Shown: in pieces, positions 1 through 13,675 of the stretch
Numbering within the stretch: position 1 is the stretch's first letter
Layout of the letters: each line of letters begins with the position of its first letter
NCBI GenBank assembly: GCA_002245135.1
Contig: NGBS01000001.1
Location: forward strand, 310,001-374,000
DNA: 64,000 bases
Direction: 5' to 3'
From: Proteromonas lacertae
Lineage: Eukaryota
Made by a program: the position numbers and the translations under genes
Notes under the pieces: generated by a model
Told to the model about the DNA's origin: nothing
What the model saw: only the letters and a program-made list of their open reading frames with translations
Databases searched by the model: none

Positions 1-2248
1 TTGATGATGAAGTTATTCAGAAAAGAAAGGTCAACAAGAAAGAAGCTGAAATATCAATTTCATCACAAGTGTGAAGAAAGAAAAGAAGAATGTTATTTAG
101 ATGAAATGCTTTTTAATATAACTGCTTATCCTGCAGATAAAGAAATGATGATAAAAATTGAATCAAACTGCATTTGTGTATGTGAAGAAGGAATGAAGTA
201 TCTTTTTAAAGTATTGAAACTTATCAATCCATCGAAACTGATATTCTGTATATTTACTAATCATTTTTGGTTGTTTAGATTGTTATAATATTCCATTCAA
301 TAACCAATCGTTATTTGGATCATTATTTTCTCAGCTATCTAATCTACAACAACTAGAATTATCATTTTGTAATCTTACTTCTTCTTTCATTGAATCGTTT
401 ATTCAATCAATTCCTCACATGAAATTAAAATGTCTAACTCTTCCATGTATCTGATATTCATTTTTAATTATTTTTAAATAGTAAAATTGATTGGTCAAAG
501 AGGATTGAAAATGTTATTTCCATATTTACATCTATTAATCAACAAAAATAATGAATTGGATTTTAGAGAAATGAATTTAAATGATGAATTGATAATATTA
601 TTATCAAAAGAATTATACAAATATTCAAGTCTTAAGAAAATTGATATTAGAAATAATATTTATGTTAATTCAAAGGGATTAAAAGCTTTATTCTCCAAAT
701 TTCCAATTTCTAAAATAGCATTTGATTTTAAAGGAAAAGAAGATATTTTGATTGACAAAGACATTCCAGAAATAATAGAATTTGTTAAAAATCATCATAA
801 TGGTGTATATATTGGAGGTTTGGAAATTAATGACGAATTCTTCAAATCATTAGTATATTTGAGATTAAATGAATTATGGATGATAGCACAGCTAGATTTA
901 AGCAGTATCTTTTGATAGCTTTCCATTATTTAGATAATAAACTGACATATACAAGTGTTGAAACTTTGATTAGAAATTTATCTTCATTTTCAAGTCTTGA
1001 AAAACTTCATTTAAATGGAAATGAAATAGGAGATGAAGGACTGAGAGTATTATCTCCACATTTACATTTATTGATAGATGATTTTAAAAGTATAAATTGT
1101 TCAAGTATAATGAATATGGTTGTTATTGAATAGGTATGGGATTATCTTCAACTGGATTAAAATATTTGATTAATGGTTTAAAAAATATAGATAAAAAGAT
1201 TAAACTCAATATAAGTAATAATAGTATAGACACAGATGGAATAGAGTGTTTGATGAATTTTGTGAAAAAAAATGATGTGATTGAAAACTTATTTATAATA
1301 GATAATCCTATAGGAAATGGTGGGTTTAAATTAATTCTGAATAGTCTGGAAATGTTAATGTATGCATATCCGCCTGAGATAAACTTGAGAAACATATCCA
1401 TAGATGATGAGAGTGCATCATTATTAGCTGATAGAATACCTTCAATTGAAAATTGTGTAAAGATAAATCTGAATGGTAATAATATCAGAATGAAAGGATT
1501 AAAATCAGTTTGTACAAAATCATCAGATTATAAAGACAGTCCATTTATACAAGCAAAATGTTCAACATGGACAAATGAAGAATTGGTGTATTATTTGAAT
1601 TATTGCATTAAAAAGAAAAGGCATAAATATGATTATAGAATATATGACTTATCGAGTATAGAATACTAATTTCTAATTAAATAGATATGAATTTGAATGA
1701 TTCTCATATTTCCTTAATAAAACAGATAAAATATCAACACCTTGATTTATGCAATAATAAAATCACTTCAAAAGGATTAAAACAATTAACAGAATTTTTA
1801 CCAAAGTATACAAGCCATATTTCAATAGTTGACAATCCAATTGGAGATGAAAAGGAATAGAAATAATTTCGAAACATTTTGATATATTTGTTATTTATTA
1901 TTCATTAAATCTATCATGTATTTTAATTGTATAATATTTGAATAGATATTGGAATGAGTGAGAAAGGGTTGCAGATGTTAATAGAAAGATTAAAGGGTTA
2001 TAGATCATTAGAAAAGATCGACATATCAGGAAATGAATTAAATGAAAAAGAATTGAAATTAATGAAAGAAAATGAGAAAATATTAGGAGATTTCCATGAG
2101 TTATCAATTACTGTTAAAGAGAATATTGATAAAAAGGAATTAAAATCATTCTTAGATGCGTTTTTCATTCATTAGAAATATAAAAATTGATGGAATTGGA
2201 AATGAAGAAAATAAAGAAATTTTACAGCAATTTTTGAATGTAAAGTAA
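1..2248 (+). pseudogene. Pseudokinase-LRR family copy A (5'-truncated by window edge; LRR half only; two frame breaks)
   Basis: RI-like LRRs (LEKLHLNGNEIGDEG, LNISNNSIDTDG) joined by ~30-nt GT-AG introns (e.g. 248-278, 447-481, 905-933); colinear with copy at 17130-20508; extra bases at ~1851 and ~2163 break the frame (pseudogene or assembly error). Confidence 0.7.
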
Positions 2249-2380
2249 TTAAATATGATAATAGTTCCCGCTCTCTTCTTTTTGTATTATATGAGTAACG
2301 AATATATTTTTTGTAACCACTATCCCGCCTTTTTCAATACTTATATTACTAATTAAAAATCTTTTTGTGAATAGACATTA

Positions 2381-3838
2381 ATGAAAGCTATATTTGTTTT
2401 ATTATGTTTTGTTATGCTAGCCAGTTGCAGAAAAATGTCAGTATGCATTTTTTGTTATTACAGATATAGATTACAGCAAGGAACTTTACTTTCTTTGTTG
2501 TAGATAAGTTTTCAGTGGGAACTACTCATGAAGAAAATGATGTAAAACTTCCTACAGGATATGCTTACGTGTATAATTCAAATCTTTACAGTTTTATAGG
2601 AATACAACTACATATGATAATGATGTATATCTTTCGGTATATAACGATTTGCAATGGAAAAATGTATATGGTAAGAAGCCTAATTGTACAGATGTTCGTA
2701 TCAAACGTGATCCTCTTAAAATAGGAGATTTCTACAGAGATTTTCCATTTAATGATGTAACCCGTGCATATTATTGGTATTTAGCAGCTTTCTATTGTCC
2801 TGAAGAAAATACAACAGTAGTAATACCAAAAGAACTTCACATGAAAGTTCATTGGGTAGATGTTGGTTCAGGCGAAGTTCCATATAATTTATCAGGCTTA
2901 TTAATAATGCAGATTTCCATTGCAGGTATTTGTGGCTTAATATCAATACTTATGTTGTTATTTAAGAAATTAAATATCTTTAAATTATTCCCATTAGAAA
3001 CTGTATATTTTTTATTTTATTAATTTTCTTATAGTTATTTGTAGTTTCATCATTGTTCGAGTGTTTATATTATGGATTGGAAATAGTGAATCATTTTACA
3101 TTAAAGAATACAGGAACACAGTTATTAGGCGTTTGGCCATTCGCTTTTCATACAGTTGCTGCTGTTTTAATAACATTATTCTTCTATTTAGTTGGTGATG
3201 GTTATGGCATAAGTAAATATGTATATAAATAATAATAATAATAATATTTGTTATTATATATATATATATATAGGAATATCCCAATAAAGAATGGGCTTAT
3301 CAATTATCATTTATGATATTTTGTGGTTTTTATCTTTACATTGATACTGAATTATATGGATTAGATCCTGGTAAAGAAACATCAGTTTATGAATCTAATG
3401 GTGGTGTAATTCTTGGTATTTTATATGCATTTTCAGCATTGATTTATTTGATATTAACAATTAAAATGTATAAAAGACCTGATCAAGTATTGATATAATC
3501 TTTATTGTCAATTAGATTGGTCATCATAAAGGTATTATTGCCATTGGCATTGTTGGAATATTGTATTTCATTATTTATCCAACTTGTGTATATATTAATT
3601 TTATATATATATTATTTATGTATAATAGCTAATAATGGGAGTGTTTATTTCACCTTGGACAAGATCTAGAATTACTTTAATTGCTGTATATTTTATATTT
3701 TATATTTTTGATTAATAGAATTCAATTATGACATCTATTGTGTATGTGATAGTTTGTATTTATATGTCACCATGCTTACAAGGATTTTGCTTTACTTATG
3801 GTGTTGGAGGACCAAAATACAATAGTGATGTTCAGTAA
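2381..3838 (+). CDS. Multi-pass membrane protein, TMEM145/GPR180-like (spliced)
   Basis: Signal peptide MKAIFVLLCFVMLASC, YYWYLA motif, several TM segments, GLDPGKETSVYESNGG resembling TMEM145 DPGEVLYTYES; ORFs join in frame through GT-AG introns. Confidence 0.55.
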
Positions 3839-3935
3839 AATGTGAATGATTAATAGATATTATTATTAAACAATTTGTGTTATTCAACAACAAAAAATGA
3901 AATAAATAACACTTTGCTTATTATTTTGTTATTTA

Positions 3936-5573
3936 CTATTCTTTTGATGTATTAGTGAAATATTTCTTCTCAATATTCTCTGGTAATGCAATTACTTCGA
4001 AAGAACGAGAAAGTAACAACAAATTAAATATATTAAGGATAATGAATTAATATAACAACACATAAAAAGGATATGGAATAGGGACTTTATGATATATTGA
4101 TAAATCTAACCAATCTTCCATTAGTTCTTCAAGACTTTCTTTGCTTAATCCCTTAGCATGACATTCCTCTTTCTTCGCAAGCATCAGCTAATTCATCATA
4201 ACTCATTGATTTAACTCCTTCAATCATTATTAACTTATCATCCTTTCTAATCTTCTTTATTGTTTTTCTTATTCTGACTCTTTTCAATTCGTTAAAAGCC
4301 GAGAGTAGTTTTGTTTAGATATTTGCATAATATATTTAATTCAACTTTGTTCATATTATCCAATGATAAATCTTCTTTTAACATTTCACTTATACTAATA
4401 ATTTGTTTTCTATTAACTATTACACCATCTTCTTTACATTTCTTTATAATTTCTAAAAAATCATTAATATGTTTTTTCTTTTCATCTGTATCAATATTTA
4501 ATGAATTATTCAATATATTTTCCATTCTCTCTTGCAAAATATGAGCATTTTTAACTCTTTGCTATTCAAATAGATTATATATTTATAAATACTTCTATAA
4601 ATCTTTTCTCTTGATCATTTTTAATGTTTGGTGTTTGAAAGCTTGATGGTAACATATTCGGAAAATACTAATTACATTTACAATAAAATTTAGTATATAC
4701 AATTAAATAAAACGGAAATATTAATTCAGTACCAGGTACTGTACAAAATATACTAAATGGAATCATTTTTAATGCATCACCTTTAGCTCTTTTCAATTTC
4801 CTTAATTCGTGGTGAGTTAATTCATATCCTTGTAATCTTCGTATAGAAAGTCTATATCCTTGCTTCATATCTCCACCAAATACCTTACAACTCTTCCAAA
4901 ATTCTTTAAACCATTCAATTACATTTTCTTTTGTAGGATGAAAATAAATACATAATTCTTTCCATCCCTATTTAATGTGATATAGAGTTAGTATTTAAAA
5001 TACTTTTGTTGGAGATACAACTATATGTAATATAATTACTCCTATTTCTCTACAATAAACACTAGTTTTCTCCATTAATGATTTTTTAGGTTTGTTTTGT
5101 TCTATTAATTGCTTATTAATTTCTTTAGGTATAACGCCGCTGGATTTAATGTTAATTTTTGTGTGATTCTTTTGCTGAGAAACGATATTATCACCAACAT
5201 TTTGTATTTGATTAATAATCTACAATAAATAGCAGCTATACTCTCTTATTCTGCTCAGGAGTAAAATTTTGAGTTTGCGACTAAAGTATAATAAATTATA
5301 CATACAATTAATCTATATTGCGTATTCATAAATGTAGAACGATTGTTATATCCTTGACACACAAAGTCATTTCTGATTGTTGAATATTTGCTTGAATGAT
5401 ATGTCTAAAAAAATTAAAATACGCTGCATATACTCCATATAATCTAATCCCAGCTATTTTGAAAGGAACTAAGAGAATATTAGTTTAGATATACTATTTT
5501 TACATTTATGTGTTAAATATTTGTTGTAAATTAATGTTTCATTCTTTATACCTAAACGAAATGTTGAAAGCAT
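3936..5573 (-). CDS. LETM1-like mitochondrial inner-membrane protein, paralog 1
   Basis: KMIPFSIFCTVPGTELIFP..FPNMLPSSF, ACEERG, WLDLS..VPIPLLLLSRSF; needs a U12-type intron (4024-4074) and two +1 corrections (~4294, ~4155). Confidence 0.8.
4024..4074 (-). other. U12-type intron, AT-AA termini, 51 nt
   Basis: Minus strand ATATCCTTTTT...TCCTTAAT-ATATTTAA; contains in-frame TAA; removal restores the LETM1 motif VPIPLLLLSRSF. Confidence 0.8.
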
Positions 5574-5679
5574 GATTAAATTAAAAAAATGTAAATGAAA
5601 GTAAAAAAGGATGTAATTTACAAAAACACAAATGTAAAAAACAAAAAAAGCAATAATATTAAGTTAATTCCTACATTAC

Positions 5680-6953
5680 TTATATGAATGACATATACAT
5701 AAATAAAATTCTTCATAAAGTTAAGAAATTATTATAGTCTATTCTGAATCAAAAAAAAAGATATGAAATTGGGATAGAGTGATTTATAGATAAATCAACC
5801 CAACGTTTAATCATATTTCTAACTTCTTCTCTACTCAATCCTTCATATTTTATTCCTCTCGCTTCACAAACATCTTCTAAATCAATATCAGTTAAACAAT
5901 CAATTCCATCTATAACAATTAATCTATCTTCATTTTTAATTGAATTTATTTTTCTTAATAGATTTAATCTCAATATATATTGAGGGTAATATTTAAACAC
6001 ATTTAAATATTTACATAAAGATGTTAATTGTCCATAACTCATATTTTGAAGTAATAATTTATCAAACATTTTCACATTTTCACTCATTTTAATCAATTGA
6101 TTTTTCTCCAATATTTGCTTATTTGTTATTAATTCTTTCACTTCTTTACTTCTCTATATTAATATCAATCAATTTATTATATTCATTTTGTAATAATGGA
6201 CTTATTCTTTTCCTAACAACATAAGTTCTATAATGTTTATTATGTCTTTGTTCAACAGTCTCAAAACTGGAAGGTAACATATTAGGAAATGAAACTAAAC
6301 AAATTGGTAATAAAATACATGTTCCTGGAATAAGACATAATAACATAAAAGGTATAAATTTTATTATATCACTTCTTGTCCTTGATAATTTAATAGATTC
6401 ATGACGATTCAATTCAAATCCTTCTATTTTCTTAATAAATAAGCGATGAGCATATTTTAGATCTTTACCAAGGATTTTACAGCCTTTCCACATATCTATA
6501 CACCAATCTATAGCTGGCTTCAATAAAACTAACATATCTTCCCAACTCTATTAACAATAAAACAAATAGAGATAATACTTTTGATGGTGATGTTGGTATA
6601 TTCTTAACAATATCATATATTTCGGTTGTGTATTGCTGATATTATAGTATTTAAATTGAAACCATTAGTATTTTTTGATATAATTATTGGCAATTTATCT
6701 AATTGAATATTATCAGCTTTTATATTTTGATATTCCATTGTGGACATAAATCTTAAAGTATTGGAATAATGTAAATGAGAAAAATCTATAATGATATTTC
6801 GAATCTTATACTGAGTTGGGTTCCAATAGCTTCTAAACTACATTGTTTCATGAATATATGCTGGAATGGCTTTTGGAATGATCTTATCATTTGATTGTTG
6901 ATTTTAGAAGGATTTAAATTTCTGTGGTGCGAAATGTTTTCATTAACCAACAT
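5680..6953 (-). CDS. LETM1-like protein, paralog 2 (tandem)
   Basis: KFIPFMLLCLIPG..FPNMLPSSFET, CEARGI, WVDLS; U12-type intron 5711-5764; +1 breaks at ~6148 and ~6615-6640. Confidence 0.8.
5711..5764 (-). other. U12-type intron, AT-AG termini, 54 nt
   Basis: Minus strand ATATCTTTTTT...TTTCTTAAC-TTTATGAAG; same phase-2 position as the 4024-4074 intron in paralog 1. Confidence 0.8.
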
Positions 6954-7062
6954 TTTTAAAAAGAGAATATTTTCTGTTTATTTATTCATGTGATAGAATA
7001 TTATAAATATAACCAGTAGAATAAACAGATAATATAAGAAATAAATATTAAAATATAATAAT

Positions 7063-10000
7063 TCACATTTTCTTTACTAAAGCAAGTCTACCAATTTGAG
7101 ATATAGTTCGATAATCTAAATAAATAAATAATTATAATAATAAAATAAATACTTTCAATATCATTTTTATTCATTGGACCAATTCTATACATATAAGCAC
7201 TTACAGATATATAAGGTGGATATTTCAATGTAGGTAGAGCAGCTTTTTCACCTGGCTGTAATTGAACATCAAATTTACCATCAATACATCTTGCTATAAA
7301 AAAATAATTTAATAAAAATACATGTTGCTAAATCTCCCCAAGCTACAGGTATTTGCAATACTGGAGAATTTGGATATGTTGGACAATACACTTCAAACAT
7401 TAAATTCTCTGATCTTTTAAAGAATGTTCTGATTGTATGAATAGATCCTCTAATGAAGTGTTTGTAACTTCTTTTAAACCTTGCTTCATGAGCTGTTTCA
7501 TCATCAATAAAACCATCAAGTGTATAATCAATCCCTAATAAATTATATCTCACTTGACAAGCAACAACATCGCTATCAAATAACGTTTTAGTATTTCTAA
7601 TAATATAATCTTCATAATCATCTTTATCAAATATTTGTATATTCTTCGGTGGAACATGTTCTGGTGGAATGACAAGATTGTCTTTATTCTTTATGTTTGG
7701 ATTTGGTATATTATAAGCAGCATTAACTTCAATGGATAATTGCCATACTGAATTACCCCAACTTTCTCTCAATATTGCTTGTTCTGCCATTCTTTTCTTT
7801 ATTTCATCATCTCTTGGTGTTGCTGGTAATATATCATCATCAATTGATTTCATATCACTAACAGGAGTACTTAATAATGGATTTTGATGGACTGGAGTTC
7901 GGATTCTTGGTGTATTAATCATACGGTTTGAATTAGAAGCTATTAATTTGATTGGACTTGGAAATCTATTATTTTAAATAATAATATTTATATATATATA
8001 CTCAATTGGTTTATCATCATCACTATCATCATCACTATCATCATCACGATGAATTGCATTTGGATTATTCTCTTCTTCGATTTGTTTAATTTCATACTTC
8101 GAAACAACAGGTCCTAATTCACCTCTTGGAGTTGCTGGTAATACTTTTGATGAAGTTAAACTAGCATTACTATTCGTTTTTATTAATTTCAAAGTTAATG
8201 GATTAGGTGTCATTGGAGGTTGTTTCACTAAAGGAGATGAATTTGTTGGATGGAATAATAAACCAGAAGTTGAACTACTATTCGAAGCTGTAGACATTAC
8301 TGAATCTCTATTCTTATGTCCAATTGTAATATTATTTTCACCTTCAATACATGAATTTACTTTACTAATAGTTTCATTTGGTATATCTTTCCATATTCCC
8401 ATTGAACATTTCTTATCTAAAGCACTTAAACCAGCATGTGGTAAAATAGAAAGCCACTCTGATGGAATTGGATCACATGTAAAGAAATTAGAAGGTAACA
8501 TAAATAAACTATCACTCACTTGAGATAATCTCTTTTGCATATAATCCATATCAACATCATCTTTTGTTCTATCTAATCCAACAGTTACATGTAATTCTGT
8601 TGTATCTAAACCCATATTCAGTGGTATATATTCATCAATATAATTTACATAATCACTTCGGAATTGATATAATTGTAATTTTGTAGTTGATAATGGTTTT
8701 TCATCACCTTCCCAAAGTAATGACACGGTTACATATCCATCATCATTTTGTAACATTTTATACAAGCCAGAATCTGGTTCAACATTCCCTTTTGCTGGCG
8801 TATTCTTCACTAAGAAATAAAATACTTTTAGATAATTAAGTGGTAAAACAACATATTCATCTTTATCACCACTTTGTTTATAGTATTTACTTGTTTCTAT
8901 TCTATCATCAGTAAACATCACCTTTTGTGCACTTTCTGGATCAATTGGTAAATCAATCACAGTCAATAGTATCTTTAATCTAATAATTAATCTTCTCATC
9001 ACTATTTTATTCTTACTTCTTGATTTATTAAGCTTACTACTGCTATTATTGTTACTTCTGGTATTTCCATAATAAGTATTTGACTTACTAAACACTGGAG
9101 CTGATTTACTACCATCAAATGCTTTATTAATTGAGGAATTACAAAATGATGTTCTTGAATATGTATACTTAGCTCTTAATGATTGTGGGACATTTTTGAT
9201 TGGAGATTCAATTATTGCTGATTTTGGTACATTATGTAAAGTATGAAGAATAATCATTATTCTGCCTAATGTTAAACTTTGAGGTAAAAAGTGAACTACA
9301 TGTTTCATATCTATTTTACTATCAATCACTGGTATTTCTGTTAATAGTTCATTTCCTGGATCTTCAAATGATAAACCTTTGATATTACCTTCTCCATCTT
9401 TTGCTTCTTTAAACTATATATAATAATAATAATAATAATAATAAATACACATGGAGCTGGTATTCCTAAAGTCCTTGCTAATGCTGATGATTTTGCTCTC
9501 AATTTCTGTTCAGCTCTGTAAACATTATAACACAAAGTACAAACTCTAAGTCTACCAAATTCATGTGCTACTTTTGAAACAGCGGATGATTCATTCTTTG
9601 ATTTTGAATGTGTGTCTACTTTTAACCAACTAGTCTTTGTTTTACCACATCTTATTCCTAGATTGATCTTTAATTCTTTAATCATATTAGCAGACATTGT
9701 GAATGGTAGTCTATCAATAGGATATCCAATACCACAACAATTACAAACGAAAAATTTATTAGTTACACCAGTCATTGTTTCATAATCTTCAACGTATATA
9801 TTGTCAATTGCATCTTCTTCAGCTGTAGCTCTAAAATTCAATGCTTCTGCATCATTTCTATCCTTTTTATACACTCCTGATTTATCCATTAAATATAATG
9901 ATGGTTCACTTTCACTGTTTACTATTCCACTCAATCTATTTAATTTTATTAATAATTATATATTTATATTATTAATACTTTGGAATACCATCCTTTATTC

Positions 10001-11131
10001 TAAATGATTTAACCTGTAAAAACCACCATTGCCCATCTTCATCTTTAATAAAATCACAAATTAACTCAATAAATGGTCTTCCAATATTTGAAGAAATAAA
10101 TTGATAAATATTGAATATTTGTTTACCCAATTCATTACATACAGCTCCTTGTAATGGTACAATATGGCACATATGATCACTATGATAATTAGTAGTAAAT
10201 CGGATTAATTAAATTCACTTCTGCTTCATCATCAAATGTAACTTTTGAAGTTATACTCCACGCTTTAGTTGATTGATTATCACCCCATAAGACTCTTACT
10301 ATTGAACTATTACTTCCTTTACATTTTATATATCTTTGAAGAACAACTGAACTTTCACTTTCTGCTAATTGAGGAATGATATCTTGTAATCTTTTTGTAT
10401 TTAATAACTATACATAATTATAATATATAATAGATTAAATAATTTATACTTGAACTTGATTTCCTTCACACACTATGAATTTGCTATTGTTCTTACATGA
10501 ATGAGTTAGCTGAGTCTTCATAACTACTGCTATATCATCTTGATACTTCATATCTCCCAATTTACTAACAATATGTCTAGATCTGAATTTGGTAGTCTTT
10601 TCAATGAAACCTTCACTATTACTATATACCCATAGTGGTTTTTCTTGTGGATTGTATATCACAGTGTCTGGAATCCATAATTGAAGTCTTTCTTTGTTAT
10701 TTCTATAGAAAATAACATTATGAATAAGTTATACCTAACATCATCTCTTGCTAAATAAGCAAATAATCTTGCTCCAGGAGATAAGTCATTACTATAAAAA
10801 TATCCTTCTTCTTCTAAGCAGAATGAAATCTGTGAGACTAATTCTCTCTATTTATTATATTTATATATTTGTCTATCTATACATATTTAGTTTTCATTCT
10901 TCTTTCTCTCTTTTCTTCAGGAGACATGCTATTGGTATAATAATCAAACAATATACAATCCTGCTGGACTTGATGGTGATTTATTTATTGAATACTTTGA
11001 AGGACTATTTAGATCAGTTGATCCATTCTTTGAATTAGAGGAGTACAACTGGATATTATAATTTTATAGCAAAATACCTGTGATGTAGATCTTGATTTAT
11101 TGTAATATAAGCTTGGTGATACCCTGCTCAT
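7063..11131 (-). CDS. Large uncharacterised protein (spliced; CxxC pairs; N-terminal region possibly ATP-grasp-like)
   Basis: ORFs 10444-10662, 9972-10172, 9341-9934, 7974-9329 and 7281-7922 join via GT-AG introns; CNCC and CTLC motifs; one +1 break near 10190-10202. Confidence 0.65.
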
Positions 11132-11195
11132 TTAGTAAATTCAAATTAAAAAAGTTGAAACGAACAAGTTTGACAAACTCTAAAGAAACGTTTCA

Positions 11196-12156
11196 ATGTC
11201 TATAGACGTATCAAATGATCCATTAATTCAAGCTTTACGAGAGCAGCTACAAGCAAGGAAGACTATACCAAGATCAGCTCCATCATCGAAGAAATACCCA
11301 AAGATTGGTTCAGCTACTTTTACAAGTATCTAATGTAGTTATTAATGTTAGAATTTTCTATATATGAGAATAATATTGATGATTATCTACCTTCAGACTG
11401 GTCTTGTACACCACAATCTCAATATATTTCACCTTATTCCATAAAAGCAATAAATGCTTCTAGATCGTATATTTTTGTTCTATATAGAATAGAACTTGTA
11501 GGAATACACCTGTTAAAAAACGAGAAATAGAAAGACAGCCTTTGATTTACACTCATGCTGAAGCTAACAACCATTGGAAAGGAGAATTACCACATTGTGT
11601 AAGTAAACAAGCAGCAAAATGCATTGATTTTGTTCCAGATATCCAAGTTATAGCAAATGAAGCAGATTTTGAAGCTGCAAAAGAATTGTGTAAGAAAGAG
11701 TTAGATGATGCTGCATATCAAAGAACATTTGTTGTAACACCAGTAGATTGGAAAAGTATATTGTTTATAAGGTAATCTAATAATTAGCACTTGTTCCTTC
11801 CAAGAATTTAAAAAGTGGTCCAAGGCAAAGACTTCAAGGTAATAAGAAAATAGACTCACATCATTTACAGCCAATTGTGGACATGAACTTCCCTGAGAAA
11901 GCAGAAACAACAAATCAAGTATTTGAAGAGAGTAATTCAGAAGATCCTTTAAGACATTCAATGAGAAATGGATATTATAAAAACGGTTATGGTAGAATAA
12001 AATGTAGAGAAACTAGAATATGGGAAATATCATTTTTTATAAATAAATTTGGAATGAAATTATTATATCCTTAATAGAATGTAAGAGAATTTGCCAGTAG
12101 CAAGAGCATTTAGATATAGTAGAGGTAGAAGAAAGGGTGAAGAGGATTTACCATGA
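11196..12156 (+). CDS. Uncharacterised protein (spliced)
   Basis: ATG 11196; in-frame exons across four GT-AG introns; 3' end depends on the putative U12 intron at 12027. Confidence 0.55.
12027..12085 (+). other. Probable U12-type intron (AT-AA ending 12084 or AT-AG ending 12085)
   Basis: ATATCATTTTTT...TCCTTAAT-AGAATGTAA(G); the AA end opens a 23-codon exon ENLPVARAFRYSRGRRKGEEDLP*. Confidence 0.5.
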
Positions 12157-12298
12157 TTACTATAATAATTCAAGTAATTAGATAATTTGTATTGTAAGTT
12201 TAAATATATATTCATTATATCAAATATTTTTTATTGTAAAATTAAGGTAAACAACAAAATTAATATATATTCAAAAAAATAATTATTTATTAAATTAT

Positions 12299-13554
12299 TT
12301 ACACAGCCGGATTTCTATGTAAATATGGTAGATTAGCAGGATAATTCTTCTTAGATATTCTGCTACCACCTTCCTCATCAATCTGAACAATCTTTGGTCC
12401 TTCATATTCCTCTCCTTCTTCATTGATAGGAGTCATTATTTTAGTCTTTTCATTCTTCACTTGATCTACTCTCACTTTTAAAGATTGTTTACTATGAATA
12501 TCGCCTAATCTCTTATCTTCACTCAACATACTAGTTACTGATTTATAATCATCATCCATATCATCATTATATCCATTTTTATACTCATTATTGCTATTAT
12601 TATTATTGTGTAATGTGTCTATTGTTTGTTGTACTACACCTATTGTATCATCACCTCCTTCTCGAAGAGTTGGCTTTGATAATTCTTCTATACGATCTTT
12701 CACTTTTGTTAAAGCAGTTCGTAACTCTAGATCTTCTATATATTTGTCATAATCTAAAGTATTTACAAAATCTAATAAATCATCTAATTCTTCCTCCTTT
12801 TCTTCTTCTTGTACTTTATTTATGTCTTCTTCTGTGTATGCCCACTTTGGCTTGTTTTTATCTATTCTTGTTGGTTGATTATCTGTTTTACTTTCATTAT
12901 TGGTTTCTAATTTTACGGTAGGTTCATATTCTTTTGTCTCTGTTAATTGCATTGTTGGAATTTGTTGTGTTGTGTTATCATTCATCTTTGATTCTTCAAA
13001 TGTTTGTGTTTTTCCTTCCTCTTCTTCATTTACTTCTTTCATTAATAATTTTATGGTATTATCTATTGCTGATTCTTCTTCTGCAGTTTTACTTGCTTCT
13101 ATTATTGTTTCTCTCACTTTCTTTCGCAAGGCTGCTTCTCGCTTTGTGAAATAATCACTACTCTTTGAACCTTTTGATTCTTCAGCAGTTTCTTTTTCTT
13201 TCATCTATTCATTCATATAAAATTAAAGAAATAATACCATTGTTCTTGCTTTTTGTAGATCAGCAAGCCATTTACGATGTCTGATAAGAGCTGGTAATGG
13301 AGCTCTTTTTTTCTCTCCCTATGTTTATTAATACAAGCAAATATACTAAAGGTTTAGGAACTTTACACACTCCCAACGGTTCTGGCACAATTCCAGATTT
13401 AAAATATTTTGGTTCATTTCTTGTGGCTTCTGCTTCTTCAACTATACAAAAATTCAAAAACAATTGTAATACATGTTCCTGCGAATGGTCTATTACAAAG
13501 CATAACACCCTTAAAGTTCCCTACACCTGAATTATCAGTAGTTGCCTCAGCCAT
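12299..13554 (-). CDS. Uncharacterised acidic coiled-coil protein
   Basis: Spliced ORF starting MAEATTDNSGVGNFKGVMLCNRPF and ending NLPYLHRNPAV; contains KPKWAYTE and LDYDKYIEDLE. Confidence 0.7.
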
Positions 13555-13675
13555 ATCACTTCAAAAGAAAAGAAAACTGATTATAACGTTTTTAGGTAAT
13601 TTACTTTTGTTGTGTAATTGACTGAAATCAAGCTCAAAAAGCTTGAGACATTGTTTGTAAAGGTGTTAGACACAA

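Noticed and set aside
905..933. GTATCTTTT donor as a GT-AG U12 intron
   Set aside because: Only 29 nt, no branch box, and the paralogous intron in copy B starts GTATAAT; treated as an ordinary U2 intron.
12613..13154. Hydrophobic antisense ORFs (also 26073-26537, 42959-43297 and others)
   Set aside because: Shadow frames opposite well-supported genes, with no independent motifs.
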